NCBI GenBank assembly: GCA_002269645.1
Contig: NIVC01001062.1
Coordinates: 124,001-188,000, forward strand
Direction of reading: 5' to 3'
DNA from: Macrostomum lignano
Lineage: Eukaryota
DNA length: 64,000 nt
Shown here: one piece after another, positions 48,601 to 61,249 of the stretch
How positions within the stretch are numbered: the first letter of the stretch is position 1
How the letters are laid out: every line of letters starts with the position of its first letter
Made by a program: the position numbers and the translations under genes
Notes under the pieces: generated by a model
Seen by the model: the letters and a program-made list of their open reading frames with translations, nothing else
Told to the model about the DNA's origin: nothing
The model's database searches: none

Positions 48601-51381
48601 AGGTGAAACTACCCGGGTCAGACATGTGAAACTACCGGTGTCAGATGAAACTACCCGTGTCAGACAGGTGAAACTACCCGTGTCAGACAGGTGAAACTAC
48701 CTGTGTCAGACAGGTGAAACTACCCGTGTCAGACAGGTGAAACTACCCGTGTCAGACAGGTGAAACTACCCGTGTCAGACAGGTGAAACTACCCCGTGTC
48801 AGACAGGTGAAACTACATGTGTCAGACAGGTGAAACTACCCGTGTCAGGTGAAACTACCCGTGTCAGACAGGTGAAACTACCCGTATCAGACAGGCGAAA
48901 CTACCGGTGTCCGATGAAACTACCCGTGTCAGACAGGTGAAACTACCCGTGTCAGACAGGTGAAACTACCTGTGTCAGACAGGTGAAACTACCCGTGTCA
49001 GACAGGTGAAACTACCCGTGTCAGACAGGTGAAACTACCCGTGTCAGACAGGTGAAACTACCCCGTGTCAGACAGGTGAAACTACATGTGTCAGACAGGT
49101 GAAACTACCCGTGTCAGGTGAAACTACCCGTGTCAGACAGGTGAAACTACCCGTATCAGACAGGCGAAACTACCGGTGTCCGATGAAACTACCCGTGTCA
49201 GACAGGTGAAACTACCCCGTGTCAGACAGGTGAAACTACCCGTGTCAGACAGGTGAAACTACCCGTGTCAGACAGGTGAAACTAGCCGTGTCAGACAGGT
49301 AAAATTACCATTGTAATACAGGCAAAACTAAAATTTAAATACTATTGATTTTGAAACTACCCTACCGATTGACAGTTCCTAAAAAACATTCCAGCATTAT
49401 CGATTCCCCACCTGCAGTTGCGAAGCCAGTCCAACCCAATCATCTGCCAACCAGGATGAAGAGCCAACCAAATAAGGCAGCCGCCTGTGCTTGTAGATAT
49501 CTCTGGCCTGATAAACCGGTTCCAGCATTGCCGCCGCCGCGCGATTCCCTACAGCGCTTTGATCCTCTTCATCATCTTCATCTTCGCTGTCGCTAACGTC
49601 AGCCAGCTCTACTCGGTCGTACTTTGTCTCCAAAATTGACAGGCCGAGCTTCATAGCCTCCTGTATCCATGGCACTCGTTCAGCTTCAAGTTGTTCGCGC
49701 GATTTTGGCTTGCCCTCCGGAGCGGCTGCGGAGGCTGAAGCGGACGAACCTTTGGCATTTTCAGCGACATTGGAGGTTGCTCCGGTTGTTGCTAAGTCTT
49801 CGTCGTAGACTCGCTGCGGTTAGAAGAGATAAGAGTAGGTGATTGCTTCCGGTTGCTAGGGATATTTTAAACAATATCTACTTCCGGTTGCTAAGGAACA
49901 GAAATAGTGTCTACTTCCGGTTGCTGAGGAACAGGAACAGAAGCTACTTTGGTTGCTAAGGAACAGGAATATTATCAACTTCCGGTTGCTAAGAAACAGG
50001 AATAGCAACTACTTCCGGCTGCTGAGGAACAGTAATATTATCTACTTCAGGTTGCTAAGGAACAGTAATATTATCTACTTCCGGTTGCTGAGAACCAAGA
50101 ATAGTATCTACTTCCGGTAGCTAAGAAACAGGAATAGTATCAGCTTCCGGTTGCTAAGGAACTAGTATCTACTTTTGGTTGCTAGGGAACTCGTATCTAC
50201 TTCTAGTTGCTAAGGAACAGGAATAGTATCTACAGCTGGTTGCTAAGGAACTAGTATCTACTTTTGGTTGCTAGGGAACACAGATAGTATCTAATTCCGG
50301 TTGCTAAGGTACAGGGAAAAATCTGCTTTAGGTTGCAGGAGAAATTCTATTCCTTATTATATCGCTGGCAATTCTGTGAATCAGCATCTGTTTCTGGCTT
50401 ATGGCGATCTCTATTTTGTGCTCAGTTGCTGAAAAAATTAAATAAAAAAAATTAATGACGTCACTCACATTTTCAACGAAACGTGTATCAGCCAAAGCGT
50501 TGAAATCGTTAAAAGTGTTGTGCAGCAGAGTGCGAGTAGATCGGATCTCCTGCACACTGTCCTGTAGAGTCTTTTGAAACTCCGAAGTCTTGGCTAGAAG
50601 ATTCCGATTGCTCTCTTCGAGGTAGAGTAGCAACTGTAGTGTTCGAGGTGAAATTGTGGAAATATGGAGAAATATATGTAAAAAATCGTTTATTATTTCA
50701 ATTCAAATTTTTATGCATAGTTTGTTGTGTTGTGGGAATCTGTAATACATATCAGCAATATTATCTCCTTACAGGTAGGGATAAGAATAAGGAATAAAGT
50801 TAAGGAGATGAGAGAGGGCAAGAAGGTAAGAGGGCAAGAGGGGAAAGAGGGGGAAAGAGGGGAATGAGTAAAAAGAGGAGAAAGAGGGGAGAGGGGAAAG
50901 AGGGGGAAAGAGGGGAAGAGGGGAAAGAGTAGAAAGAGGAGAAAGAGGAGAAAGAGGGTAGAGGGGAAAGAGGGGGAAGAGAGGAAAGAGGGGGAAAGAG
51001 GGGAAGAGGGGAAAGAGAGGAAAGAGTAAAAAGAGGAGAAAGAGGGGAGACTGAGAGGGGAAAGAGGGGAAAGAGTAAAAAGAGGAGAAAGAGGAGAGGG
51101 GAAGAGGAAAAGCAGCTTGTAGTTTGCAGACAAGACAAAAAGAATAAACAGCGATACTTTGATGTAAGTTTACAAACACTAAAAACTCTACAATTCAAAA
51201 CCCGTGGATGCACACACCGCAAGTGAATAAAGAATCAGTCAGTCAGCTCACCCCAGCATCTCCAGCTAGCGACCATTCGTGCGCCCGTTCACGAATTTCA
51301 TCAAGCGTCCATGGCCGCTCCCACAGTTTTGGCTGAGCAACTGGCTGATCTGCTTGATTGCTAGACGAATCCAGCGTGTTG
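39637..51381 (-). CDS. WASHC2: WASH complex subunit 2 (FAM21), start exon not located
   Basis: Exons 51381-51252, 50633-50469, 49813-49412, 48324-47655, 46859-46768, 46420-46387, 46244-46092, 45423-45280, 45135-44975, 44486-44096, 43753-42869, 42300-42236, 42139-41107, 39800-39637, all phase-consistent. N-terminal [55 protein letters not shown]; many L-F-acidic-L-F motifs; [16 protein letters not shown]; C-terminal NIFDDPL. Confidence 0.93.
39840..40950. repeat. 23-bp minisatellite (aatagtgtcagattgtaggttta) in the last WASHC2 intron
   Basis: Period 23 (40024 to 40047). Confidence 0.95.
42400..42820. repeat. About 28-bp minisatellite (cccactccgccaataaaacacccaccac)
   Basis: Direct tandem copies. 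Confidence 0.85.
43770..43995. repeat. 21-bp minisatellite (cataaatcataactagggtgt)
   Basis: Degenerate tandem copies. Confidence 0.8.
44575..44892. repeat. 16-bp minisatellite (tttccgacacttcata)
   Basis: Direct tandem copies. Confidence 0.95.
45655..46035. repeat. 32-bp minisatellite (cacccaaaatctcaccctagagtgaacaagga)
   Basis: Period 32 (45721 to 45753). Confidence 0.9.
46495..46740. repeat. About 44-bp C-rich minisatellite
   Basis: Five to six tandem copies of cccacagccccgacacccacccctccactct. Confidence 0.85.
47395..47640. repeat. Degenerate 21-bp minisatellite (ttcttaaagtacattgtgcga)
   Basis: Begins right after the donor at 47654 on the - strand. Confidence 0.75.
48362..49300. repeat. 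23-bp minisatellite (gtgtcagacaggtgaaactaccc) with 269-bp higher-order duplication
   Basis: Period 23; diagnostic variant cccgtatcagacaggcgaaa at 48881 and 49150. Confidence 0.95.
49845..50320. repeat. About 32-bp degenerate minisatellite (tacttccggttgctaaggaacaggaatagtatc)
   Basis: Direct tandem copies. Confidence 0.85.
50810..51112. repeat. Polypurine tract (gaggggaaa units)
   Basis: Seen directly. Confidence 0.85.
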
Positions 51382-52401
51382 CTGAAAATATCAAAATATT
51401 AACATGACCAACTGACCAAAGTAATTAGCACATTCTAACCTCCTAAACTTTACCTTGCTAGTGCAGCATAGTTAAATGCAATGTACTTGTATTTATTTCC
51501 CTAAGTTTTCACTAAAACTTTTTTACTATTTTTCCATTTCTTCCATGTTTTTTTATTTAATAACAAATGTTTCTTGGAATGAAAAAAATCTACTGATCAA
51601 AATTTTATGCCTATATATACCGAGTCCATTATGACTGCCTATAGCAAATATTATGTCAATAAAAATATTATGTTAACTATACAGTACATGCAAACCTTGA
51701 ATTTCAAAACCAAACTTACAATGGATTTTTTATTATCCTATATGATCTTCAATTTTCATACTTGCTTAGTTGATGAATTTTAAAACATGTGTGTCTTGTC
51801 TGCCATTTCACCTAGCTAAAGTAGTTAGATATTATACATATGTATATATATATATATAAGAATTTATATTTGCTATCACTAGGATCACTGTCTTATTGAT
51901 TATAGGATTGGCATATTTAATTATTTTTCACTTTTTTTAATATAAGTTAAATAACTTCAACTATTTAGGATAAATAGATAGTGTTTAGGATAATACTTTC
52001 ATAGATTGTCATTACATTCAACTCTTGCACAATCAGATCAAAACTGCATAAGTGAACTAAGCTACCCAACAGATAGATTTCTCTAGGATAGATTATATTT
52101 ATAGGGATAGTTGGCCTCCTAGCTATTTAAACCTGATAAGTATCAATTAAATATAAGAAGTCTAAATAAGAAACAAACTACTAAAGATGAACCCTGCAGG
52201 TTTTCTATTATAATTAGACTATTTGAAAGACTATAGATAGACTTTAATCAATAGAAATTTTGGTATAGACATTTGGCCATAGACCATGATATAGGGCCTA
52301 ACTTGTATATAAAAAATTCTGGACAAATTTTGTGGATGTTGACAAAAACTTGCATACTTGCATAAGCATTTCTAATAAACTTATATAACTTTAAATGAAG
52401 T

Positions 52402-53252
52402 GCTTATCTACACGGTCCCATGCTGATAGTTCCAATTTTATTCACATAAATCCATGTTGATAATTTTCAGCTTATCCCTATGGCAGCTTACTGAAATAGC
52501 TGCCACCATTTAAGTCTATAGGCCATAACAATAATTACAATTTTATTCACACAGATTCATGTCAATGATTTTCAGCTTAGGCCTATCCCCATGGCAGCTT
52601 ATTGGAATAGAGAACCTTAAAATGAATCTATTTAAGGACCCTAGAGGTCCTTTTGCATCTAGTATTTATATATAGTTTATTGGCATGCTGTATATAGTCT
52701 AATATTATTAATTTTAATTAAAAATCTACTATTGTGTTTTTCATTTTGAATGTTTGTCATATTTCATCATATCCATCTGACTAGGCCTATACAATATATA
52801 TCTGATTGTGTTCATTTTTTGTTCTAAAAAAGCTGCTTGCAAAAACTGTCATTTTGTTTTTATTATTTTACAAATCTTCTAAATGAACAACTGAATACTG
52901 AATAGTATTGCATACTTTGTTTAAACTATTGAGTTGCTAAAAGGGTTAATTTTAAAAATTTGCTTAGCTGTTGGCTTTGCTTAGAACAACCAAAAAACCC
53001 TTGAAGATTGTCAATACCAACATTAGTACACAAACTAAACACAAAAACTAAACAATCTTAGCTTTGAGTATAAGCTGAAAATTATTGACATGGATCTATG
53101 TGAATAAAATTGGAATTATTGACATGGCCTATAGACTTGAAAGGTGGCAGCAGCCTATTTTAATAAGCTGCCATAGAGATAAACTAAAAATTATTGACAT
53201 AGATCCATGTGAATAAAATTTGAATTATTGGCATGGGACTATGGGGATAAGC
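52402..53252. mobile_element. Foldback/MITE-like element with about 180-bp inverted arms
   Basis: 52402-52579 is the reverse complement (roughly 80 percent by eye) of 53071-53252; each arm has an internal sub-repeat aattttattcaca..catgtcaataattttcagctta; AT-rich centre without an ORF. Confidence 0.7.
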
Positions 53253-56200
53253 ATTTCCAAATTTAAAAGGTTCATTTATATGCAGTGTTTTGCACTTTTA
53301 TAACTTGCTACCATAAAAACTTGCATATTTATGTAGTACATACATACGCAACAGTCAGCCGAGTCGGCCGATCCAGCCGACCGATTTGGCAGCCAACCAA
53401 GGAAGTCACAAAAATGCGGCAATGCCCACCCAAAAAAATACCAAAGTAGTAGTACTAAGTAGCTGACGAGGCATTTTGACTTTATAAGACAGTCATAGTT
53501 ATTCCTGCCGTTTACCCAAAGTTGCGTTAATTTTGCGTTAGGGTTTTTTACATATAAGTTGCATTTTTGGCCAAAAACTACGTCGCATTTTTGTTAAAAC
53601 TAAGTCGCATGGCCGACCAAATTTTGGAGGTTGCGCATGTATGATGTAGTATGATTTTATTTCAAATGTTATATATTGCATTTGTTATATATAAAACAAT
53701 TATTATATTCAAAATCAAAGTCATGTGGATGTAGGTTGTTTTGGTAACAAATTCTTTTGGTAACAGACATTTTGTTAATAAGATGCTTCTATGACAAACA
53801 CATTGGAAAAATTAATATAAGATTATATACAATTGTTCTTTTTTGATTGTCACCTAATTTGACTAGATTTGCCAAATTTTTTCTTGGTGAACCTTTACAC
53901 CTAGACCCTATTGCCAAAATATAGGCCTAAAAATATAACCACTATATCTATATAATCAATATAATGTATAGATATATAGTTGATAGTCTTCCTTATATTT
54001 AAAAGTGAAGATTTAGACTCCCTTTGAAATAGAGTATCCTATTAGTACAGTTATCAACATAAAATATATAGATATGGGCCTAGTCCTAGTATCCATAGCT
54101 ATCATCAGTTAGGCCCTAGGGCCTATCACTAAAAACACCTTCAGTAATATTTGAGCAATTGAGCTATAGACTTAGAACTATGCCCTATTACTTGTAAAAT
54201 TGTAAATAAACAGCCTTTCATATTTATTAAAAGGGTAGGCCAACCAAAATACAATGTGTTTTTAAGTTAGGTCTAAGCTTTTTATTTAAAAATTATAAAT
54301 CAACAAATTATTGAATGAGGAACTTAGTAAGTTAGTTTGTCTAAGACTAAGGACTACGAGTTAGAAAAAAACCAAAATTATAGACAGTTCATGTATTATT
54401 TAGGACCCAAGGTCAATCGATGGAGCCTAGGATAAGAGAAAGGCCTACTTCAAGGGATGAGAATGAAATTACCAGGCCTAGTCGACCTAGTATTTTGTAG
54501 GTATATGTATGTGTACGTGTACAGGGTACTGGTACGAGCAAGGAAAAAATTGAATGAGGCAGAGAGAGGCGGTGGTTCACTTTCGGACGTTTGAAAGACA
54601 CGATGCCATAAATTTTCACAAAGCAGTATTACTCCCAAAACTTTTAGCTTTGCGTGGGATTATACCTTAGTGGGGTGGCCAGTGGGCAGTGGAATATTAT
54701 TTTATTATTATTAACTCGATAAAAATTCATTCTTAGAAATTAATATTGACTGAAATGGTGGCATTTTGTTTAGCCTTGCAAAACAAAATAGGCCTACCCA
54801 CCTACGCATTCAACATAAATGCGCATAATTTTATTCAATCAAGTTTTATTCAACCTGTTATATTTTTACCTTAAAAAAATTTTTCATTGCTGTTTTAGTA
54901 AACTAAGGAATTCATCATTTTCACGCATTCTACGCGCGGGTGTGTAATTCCCGCCGATCTTTTATTAGCCGCCAGAGATTTTCATCTCCTATTTTTAGAA
55001 TTTATAGAATCAATACTCTGTATTTACAGAGTTTCCGTTACACGTACATGTACATGTACCAGTCGGCCCGAGAGAATTCCCTCGGTGCATGCCGGCACGT
55101 ACTATGCTTACCGGCCGTCTGCGATTTTCCTGAGCTACTACCTGAATTTACATTACATGTAAATGTGTGCAGGTAGTTTTACGGTATGCATTATATGATG
55201 TAGGCATGCAAGTCCTGCCACCCTCACTATTTTTGCGCACGCCCGCGATCCCCTTCCCAATTCACGACATGATGACTCATTCTTATCGCCCCACCTCACT
55301 CCCCCGCGCACTAACCCCACTTTACCTCGTTTCTTTTGATCGAAATCATTCATTCGTGTGACACTTTTAGGACCCACACTATATCTCCAAGCTTTTTCCT
55401 GCCTGCTGTTGAATCCCCCCAACCATAAATCATTATCCGCTGCGCCCCACAATTTTTCGTCTTATCACAGCGCGGCTGGCGGCCGGGTAACGTCATCAGG
55501 GTTGCTTGCATGGTCAGGTCAGGTCAAGGTCAAGGACAAGTCACGGTGCGGCCTTTAATATATCACGCATTACATGTGATCGCGACGTGACGCGTGATCT
55601 CATGCAGTGCTAAAAATTTTAAGAACCTGTTTTGATCCCTGAGCGGCAACTCTCTTCCTTAACCTTTCACCTCTACCTTCTCCCACTCTCGTTTTACCGC
55701 CCACCGCCCACCTTACACTTTTTGAGTGTTCGTTACTCTTCCTCTCTTAACTCTCGAGGTGACACGACTTGATAATTTTAACCTCACTCATATCAGCTTC
55801 TGACGAGTCTAATCGACTGATCGGCTGTAGTTGACTCCACCGGGACCATCCGAGGTTTTTTTCCTCTGTTGCGCTGCCCTTAGGTACCGTCCGCCCCGGT
55901 CTCTCCCCCCAAAACGCCTCTGGCGTGTACCTTCCAACAACCCGGGCCCGCTGTCTAAATAATGGGATCTTGGCCGCAACGTCTGCTACCGCATCATCCA
56001 GAGGCGGACAAAGGCTAGGGGACGAGGCCTGGTGGCTGTACCTTTCAGCGCCAGAGCCCAGGGGTTTGCACAGGCGTTTTTTTTATGCAGCCCCGGGTTA
56101 CGTATGTTGGAGTTTATTAAGAAACAAATTCCCTTTACTTTACGCTCGTGTTTGATTCCCTTATGTCTGAGTGGTCATCGTGGAACTCCTGTTACACAAT

Positions 56201-56640
56201 CTAAAAGACAGCTAGCTATTTGACTTAAATTATGCATATGACATCGCACTTTCATTAATTGTTTTGAAAGGCATTGTTATGCAAGTACCGGTACATATGT
56301 GCGATGCACTTGTTTTCAGTGGCGATCAGCCTTTACGGTTGCATTCACACGTAATGTACATTCAACAGTCGAAACAAGCACCACCATACATGTTGCTAGA
56401 CTCCATCTTGGAACTCCTGACAGACGTGCGCTCGAAATTTAATCCGGGCCATAGACAAAATTCCAGTTATTCCTTGTAAACGATTAAAGTCACAACTAAT
56501 TAAATACCCATCGATTGTAAAAAGACACAACCAAATATATATGATTGTTTAAGAGTTTCAGGTCAAACAGCCTGCTGACATTACTAGAATAGGTGTAAAG
56601 AAGTTCTCAAGCTCAGCTGAGAGGAACTGTAGTACATAAT

Positions 56641-58670
56641 ATGAGTCAAGAATCGTCCAATCAAGATGCAGCCACCCAGCTGCCAGCCGCTCTGAGCAAG
56701 GACAATTCAACTGACGCCAAGTCAGCTTCCTCAACGCAGGCTGATAGCATTGCCAGTTCGGCGAATTCCATCAAGGCCAAAGTGGGCGGTCCGAACCAAC
56801 CGCTTGGCTACCAACAGCAACTACAGCAGTCTCCTCCAACAGAGCAGCAGTCTGAAATGGAAATGCTTAATCAGAAATTAAATTCCTTCAGTCAAAGAGA
56901 AGTAGATCGAATGACTGAAGCCACGATCAGCAAGAAAACGACAGCAGCAGTAGCAAAGACTCCTGCAGATTCAGCGGACGAGCTGAAGTCAAAACCGGAC
57001 CGAGCACCTTTCGACATGGTAAAAAGTGACGACACCTACTCCGAGTGGCTACTAATGGAGGCCGAACTATTCCCTCTGAGGTACTTCAGCGATCGGCACG
57101 TGAAGACCATGCACAAGTACAGCATAGTGCGCGTGCTTGGCCAAGGCGGTTTCGGTCTTGTGCTGCTAGTTAGCGTTGAAAAAGGCGGCCCACTTTACGC
57201 TATGAAGGTCATGTCAAAGGAAAAGATCAGAGAGAAGAAAATGATTAAGTACATTATTGGAGAGCGGCGCGCTTTGTCGGCGGTGCAAAATCCGTTCATC
57301 ATGTCGCTAATAGACAAGCTCAAGGACAACTCCAACGTGTACATGATCCTGCCCTTCATCGAGTGCGGAGACCTGTACCGCCTTATGCTGTCAACCAGGC
57401 TGAAACGGTTCAGCCACGAAGACGCAAAATTCTACATGTCGCAGGTGTTTCTGGCTTTCGAGTATCTGCACCGGATGCGAGTGCTGTACCGAGACTTGAA
57501 GCCGGAGAACCTCATGCTGGACAGGTTCGGCTACTTGCAACTGGCTGATTTGGGCTTTGCCAAACTGCTAGATCCGAGCAGAGGTGAGAGACAGAACTGC
57601 AGATGCGATCCTCTGTGAAAATCCTGACTGTGGCTAGTGGGTGCAGATCCAGTAGATCCCACAGCCCTGCAGAGAGGCGAAGAACCATGCCCATTCCACA
57701 GATCCAATGAGTAATTTTTTCTGGACGACTTTAAAATTAATGTGACACCGTTTGTTTTAGTTCATGAAAATGATTATAGTAGGCTCCCATATTCGTATCA
57801 AGAGACAAGTAGCGAAGCTCCATCAAAAGCGACAGGTATCGAAGCTCCATCAAAAGAGACAGGTAGCGAAGCTCCATCAAAAGAGACAAGTAGCGAAGCT
57901 CCATCAAAAGAGACAAGTAGTGAAGCTCCATCAAAAGAGACAGGTAGTGAAGCTCCATCAAAAGAGACAGGTAGCAAAGCTCCATCAAAAGAGACAGGTA
58001 GCGAAGCTCCATCAAAAGAGACAGGTAGTGAAGCTCCATCAAAAGAGACAGGTAAAGAAGCCCCATTGAAGAGCACAGGGAATAAGAGGTATGCACTTGA
58101 GCACCTTTCAAAGGAAATAGGGCACTTAAAAAACTACAGTGCAGTGGCCTGAAAATTTTCATGCACGATATCGCAATCGCAGAGCGAACCTACAGCACAT
58201 TGGGCACGCCCGACTACATGGCGCCGGAGATTTTTTCGGCAAAAAACTGCGGCTACAGTTTCTCAGTGGATTGGTGGACAACCGGCTGTTTGCTATTCGA
58301 GTTTTTAGTTGGATTTCCACCGTTTCACACGCCCAACGGCAATACGATGCACGTGATTAAGAAGATTCTATCCACAGAGATTCAATTTCCAAACTTTGTA
58401 AAGCCGGACGCTAAAGACATGGTGAACTGTCTGTGCCAGAAGAATCCGCACAATAGGATGGGTTGTCAGAAGGCTGGACCAAGCGCCATACGCGAGCACG
58501 CCTTCTTCCGAGATGTGGATTTTGTACGCCTGTTCCACAAGCAGCTGCCGGCTCCGCACAAGCCAACTAGCAAAGACGACAAGAGGTTTTACACTGGTCG
58601 ACCTGTGCCCAAAAATGTGATCAGGATCAGCAAGACTATGCGATACAATACGATGTTTGCAGAATTCTAA
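56641..58670 (+). CDS. cAMP-dependent protein kinase catalytic subunit-like (divergent AGC kinase), 476 aa
   Basis: Exons 56641-57583 and 58183-58670 joined by a phase-1 GT-AG intron (GAG junction codon). GQGGFG, YAMKVMSK, YRDLKPEN, DLGFAK, LGTPDYMAPE, VDWWTTGCLLFEFLVGFPPF, C-terminal FAEF stop matching the PKA FxxF terminus. Confidence 0.9.
57790..58060. repeat. 27-bp minisatellite (gaagctccatcaaaagagacaggtagc) in the kinase intron
   Basis: About ten tandem copies. Confidence 0.95.
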
Positions 58671-59018
58671 GAAGTTGAAGAAGCAAGCGCTCGGACATGG
58701 GCTATTTGTCATTTTTTATTTTCAATATCGATCATTTATAAACTATAAAATTTGTCAAACTTATTGGACTGTTTTTAATGTAGCCCTACAATAATAAGTT
58801 CTGCTCAGAACGACAAGAATATGTCTTTTTATTTCATTGTGACTTTTGTTCATTGAACTATTTAAAACTTTGTTTATCTACTATTAGAAAAAGCTTAACA
58901 AACGCAAACTATAACAAATTTTCTATTGTCTTAATTTGCCACGTCGTACTATATTCAGCGAAAGCAGTCTCGTTTTTATCGCAAAAAGACCTGGAAACTT
59001 ATTGAGATTTTACACTGA

Positions 59019-59101
59019 AATAAAAACTATTCAAGTTTAATCCGTAAGGCAAATATTAAGTTTAATAATAGATTTAGTTTTCCTCCTTGTCAACATTTAT
59101 T
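59019..59101. terminator. Opposed polyadenylation signals of the kinase (AATAAA 59019-59024, +) and the Dpy-30 gene (AATAAA 59101-59096, -)
   Basis: Hexamers seen directly between the two convergent stops; their use is inferred. Confidence 0.4.
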
Positions 59102-59240
59102 AGTAAAATATACTTATTTATTTAATATTAAAAACATGCAGACAACACGAATAAACGACGAAACTTTTGAAGCAAGTTGACGAAAAAATACAACGTCAAC
59201 ACAGAGTTTAGAGTGGCATTTTTGATCCTGTGGAGAAAAG

Positions 59241-61249
59241 TTATTCGGCATTCTCCTCTTCCTCTGCTGCCTCGGCCTCGCCTTCAGCCTCCGCCTCGCC
59301 TTCAGCCTCCGCCTCGCCTTCAGCCTCCACCTCGCCTTCAGCCTCGGCCTCGCCTCCAGCCTCCGCCTGGTTGCCTTCGCCTGCCTCGGCGGCATCGGCG
59401 GCCTCTTCGCCTGGCGGAGCTGCCGACGTCTCGGCGCCTGAAATTATTTATTGCAGTTGCAGACCACAAGCATACATATGCACGTACAATGTAGTGGCAT
59501 TTCAATGAACTACACCAGCGAAATCTCAGTCTCAATGGAATCTTAACGGAATTCATGAGAGAAATATCAATGTACATGCAAAGCTTGCCGAAATTTCAAT
59601 TGGATCCTATTCATAGTTAGTAGAATCTATCTTATATGTTTGTTGCTACTTTATTATTAGAATCTTGAAATCTCACTTATGAATCTGGATGAAATCTCAA
59701 TGGGAGTTTCAATTGAATCCCCAATGAAAGTCTCATTAGGGATCTTAATGGAAGTCTCAACTTGAATAAATGTTATTGAAATTTTAGATTTATCTCATGA
59801 AATCTCACTAGAAGCAAAATGGGAATCTTAATGGAAGGCTTTTGAAACCTGATTATAAACTCAATGGAAATCTTGAAATCTCATTAGAAACTCTATGGAA
59901 TCCTCTCAACGGATACCTCAACGGAAATCTCATGAAATCTCACTAGAGATTCAATGGAAATCTCAACGGAAATCTCAACGGAAGTCTCGTAAACGTCAGT
60001 CTCAATTAAATCTCGTAAAATCTCACTAGAAACCGCCAATGGAAATCTCACTGGAATCTAAGCGGAATCTAAACTATGGAATCTCACACGCTCGGGATCT
60101 CTCTTCCTCTCACCTTCCTCCCCATCCTCCTTCGCCTCGCCGCCGTCTTCGTCGGCCTCGCCCTCCGGAATTTCCACCTCGGCGGCGGCCCGCTCAGCCC
60201 GCTGGCGCTCTTCCTCCTCCTCTCTCAGGCGGGCCTCTTCGGCTTCGCGACGTTGGCGCTCCTCCTCCTCGGCGCGTTCGCGCTCCAGCTGGCGCTTGCG
60301 CTCCATCATCTGGCGCTGCTCCTCGGCGATCTCCTGACGGCGCAGCTCTTCAAGTCGCTCGGCCTACAGGCATGGCGCGGATTAATTTAGGTTGGACCAG
60401 TGGTCAACGGCAGCCTTAATCTAAATCTTTATCAATTAATTAGCTACAAAATACGTAGCATTTACTTGATACTCTACTTGAAATAAAAATATTAGAAATA
60501 GGAAACTTCTTTTCGATTTGCTCTACTAATATATAGTATAATAGAAATAAATTCATGTCATATCATCAAACCACCAACGTTTACAAGATAGTGTGCTATT
60601 TTATAAATATGCACGATAATATTATTTTCCTGTGTGTCGATATATTTCAATTATTTGGTGGAAATTTTGACAATTAGTTTGCGACTTTTTTGCATATTAA
60701 ATAGTAGATTATTATATTAATTTTTATTTTTTATTTGCTGGTATGTTGTTATTGTTACTTTTGCGTTCTTGTTATTATTGTTGTCACACTGTAAAATGCA
60801 ATACAAATACGGTTGTGACTGTTGGAATTGTACGATACGACGTAGTATGGGTCATTTTAAACAATTATTTAGAAAATTAGACGGATTTCTTACGTCTTCT
60901 CTGTATTTCTCCCAATCCCTTTAAAATCCTCCTTCTCAAGTTCGAATGAGTCTTGTTTTGAACAAAATAAAACACTCACCTCCTCTTCCTCCTTGATTCG
61001 CTGAGCCAGCTCCTCCTGCTCCTTGTGATACCGGATCGAGTCCGCGTGCTTCATCAAATATTGACTGAGAAATTCGATCGGATCGCGGGGCTTCTGTTGC
61101 ACAATCTGGGCCACTCCCGCTGTGAGGGCCGGGCCTACCTGGTCAATCAGGTACTGAGCCTCTCTGGTGGCTTTCGAGTGCGGCTTCCTCGGCTCCGGTG
61201 TGAAGTCGCGGGTTTGCACTTTGTCCAGGTTGAATGGAGACGATGCCAT
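59241..61249 (-). CDS. Dpy-30 motif protein (DYDC-like) with coiled-coil and Glu/Ala-rich tail, 238 aa
   Basis: Exons 61249-60980, 60363-60114, 59437-59241, phases 0/1 consistent, TAA at 59243-59241. YLIDQVGPALTAGVAQIVQQKPRDPIEFLSQYLMKH fits the Dpy-30 motif, followed by an E/R-rich coiled coil and AEGEAE repeats. Confidence 0.85.
59660..60090. repeat. Degenerate aatggaaatctc satellite
   Basis: Recurrent 11-12-bp core. Confidence 0.65.

Noticed and set aside
57584-58182. Apparent split of the kinase into two ORFs plus a 136-aa SEAPSKETG ORF
   Set aside because: A normal phase-1 intron restores the frame; the middle ORF is the 27-bp array.
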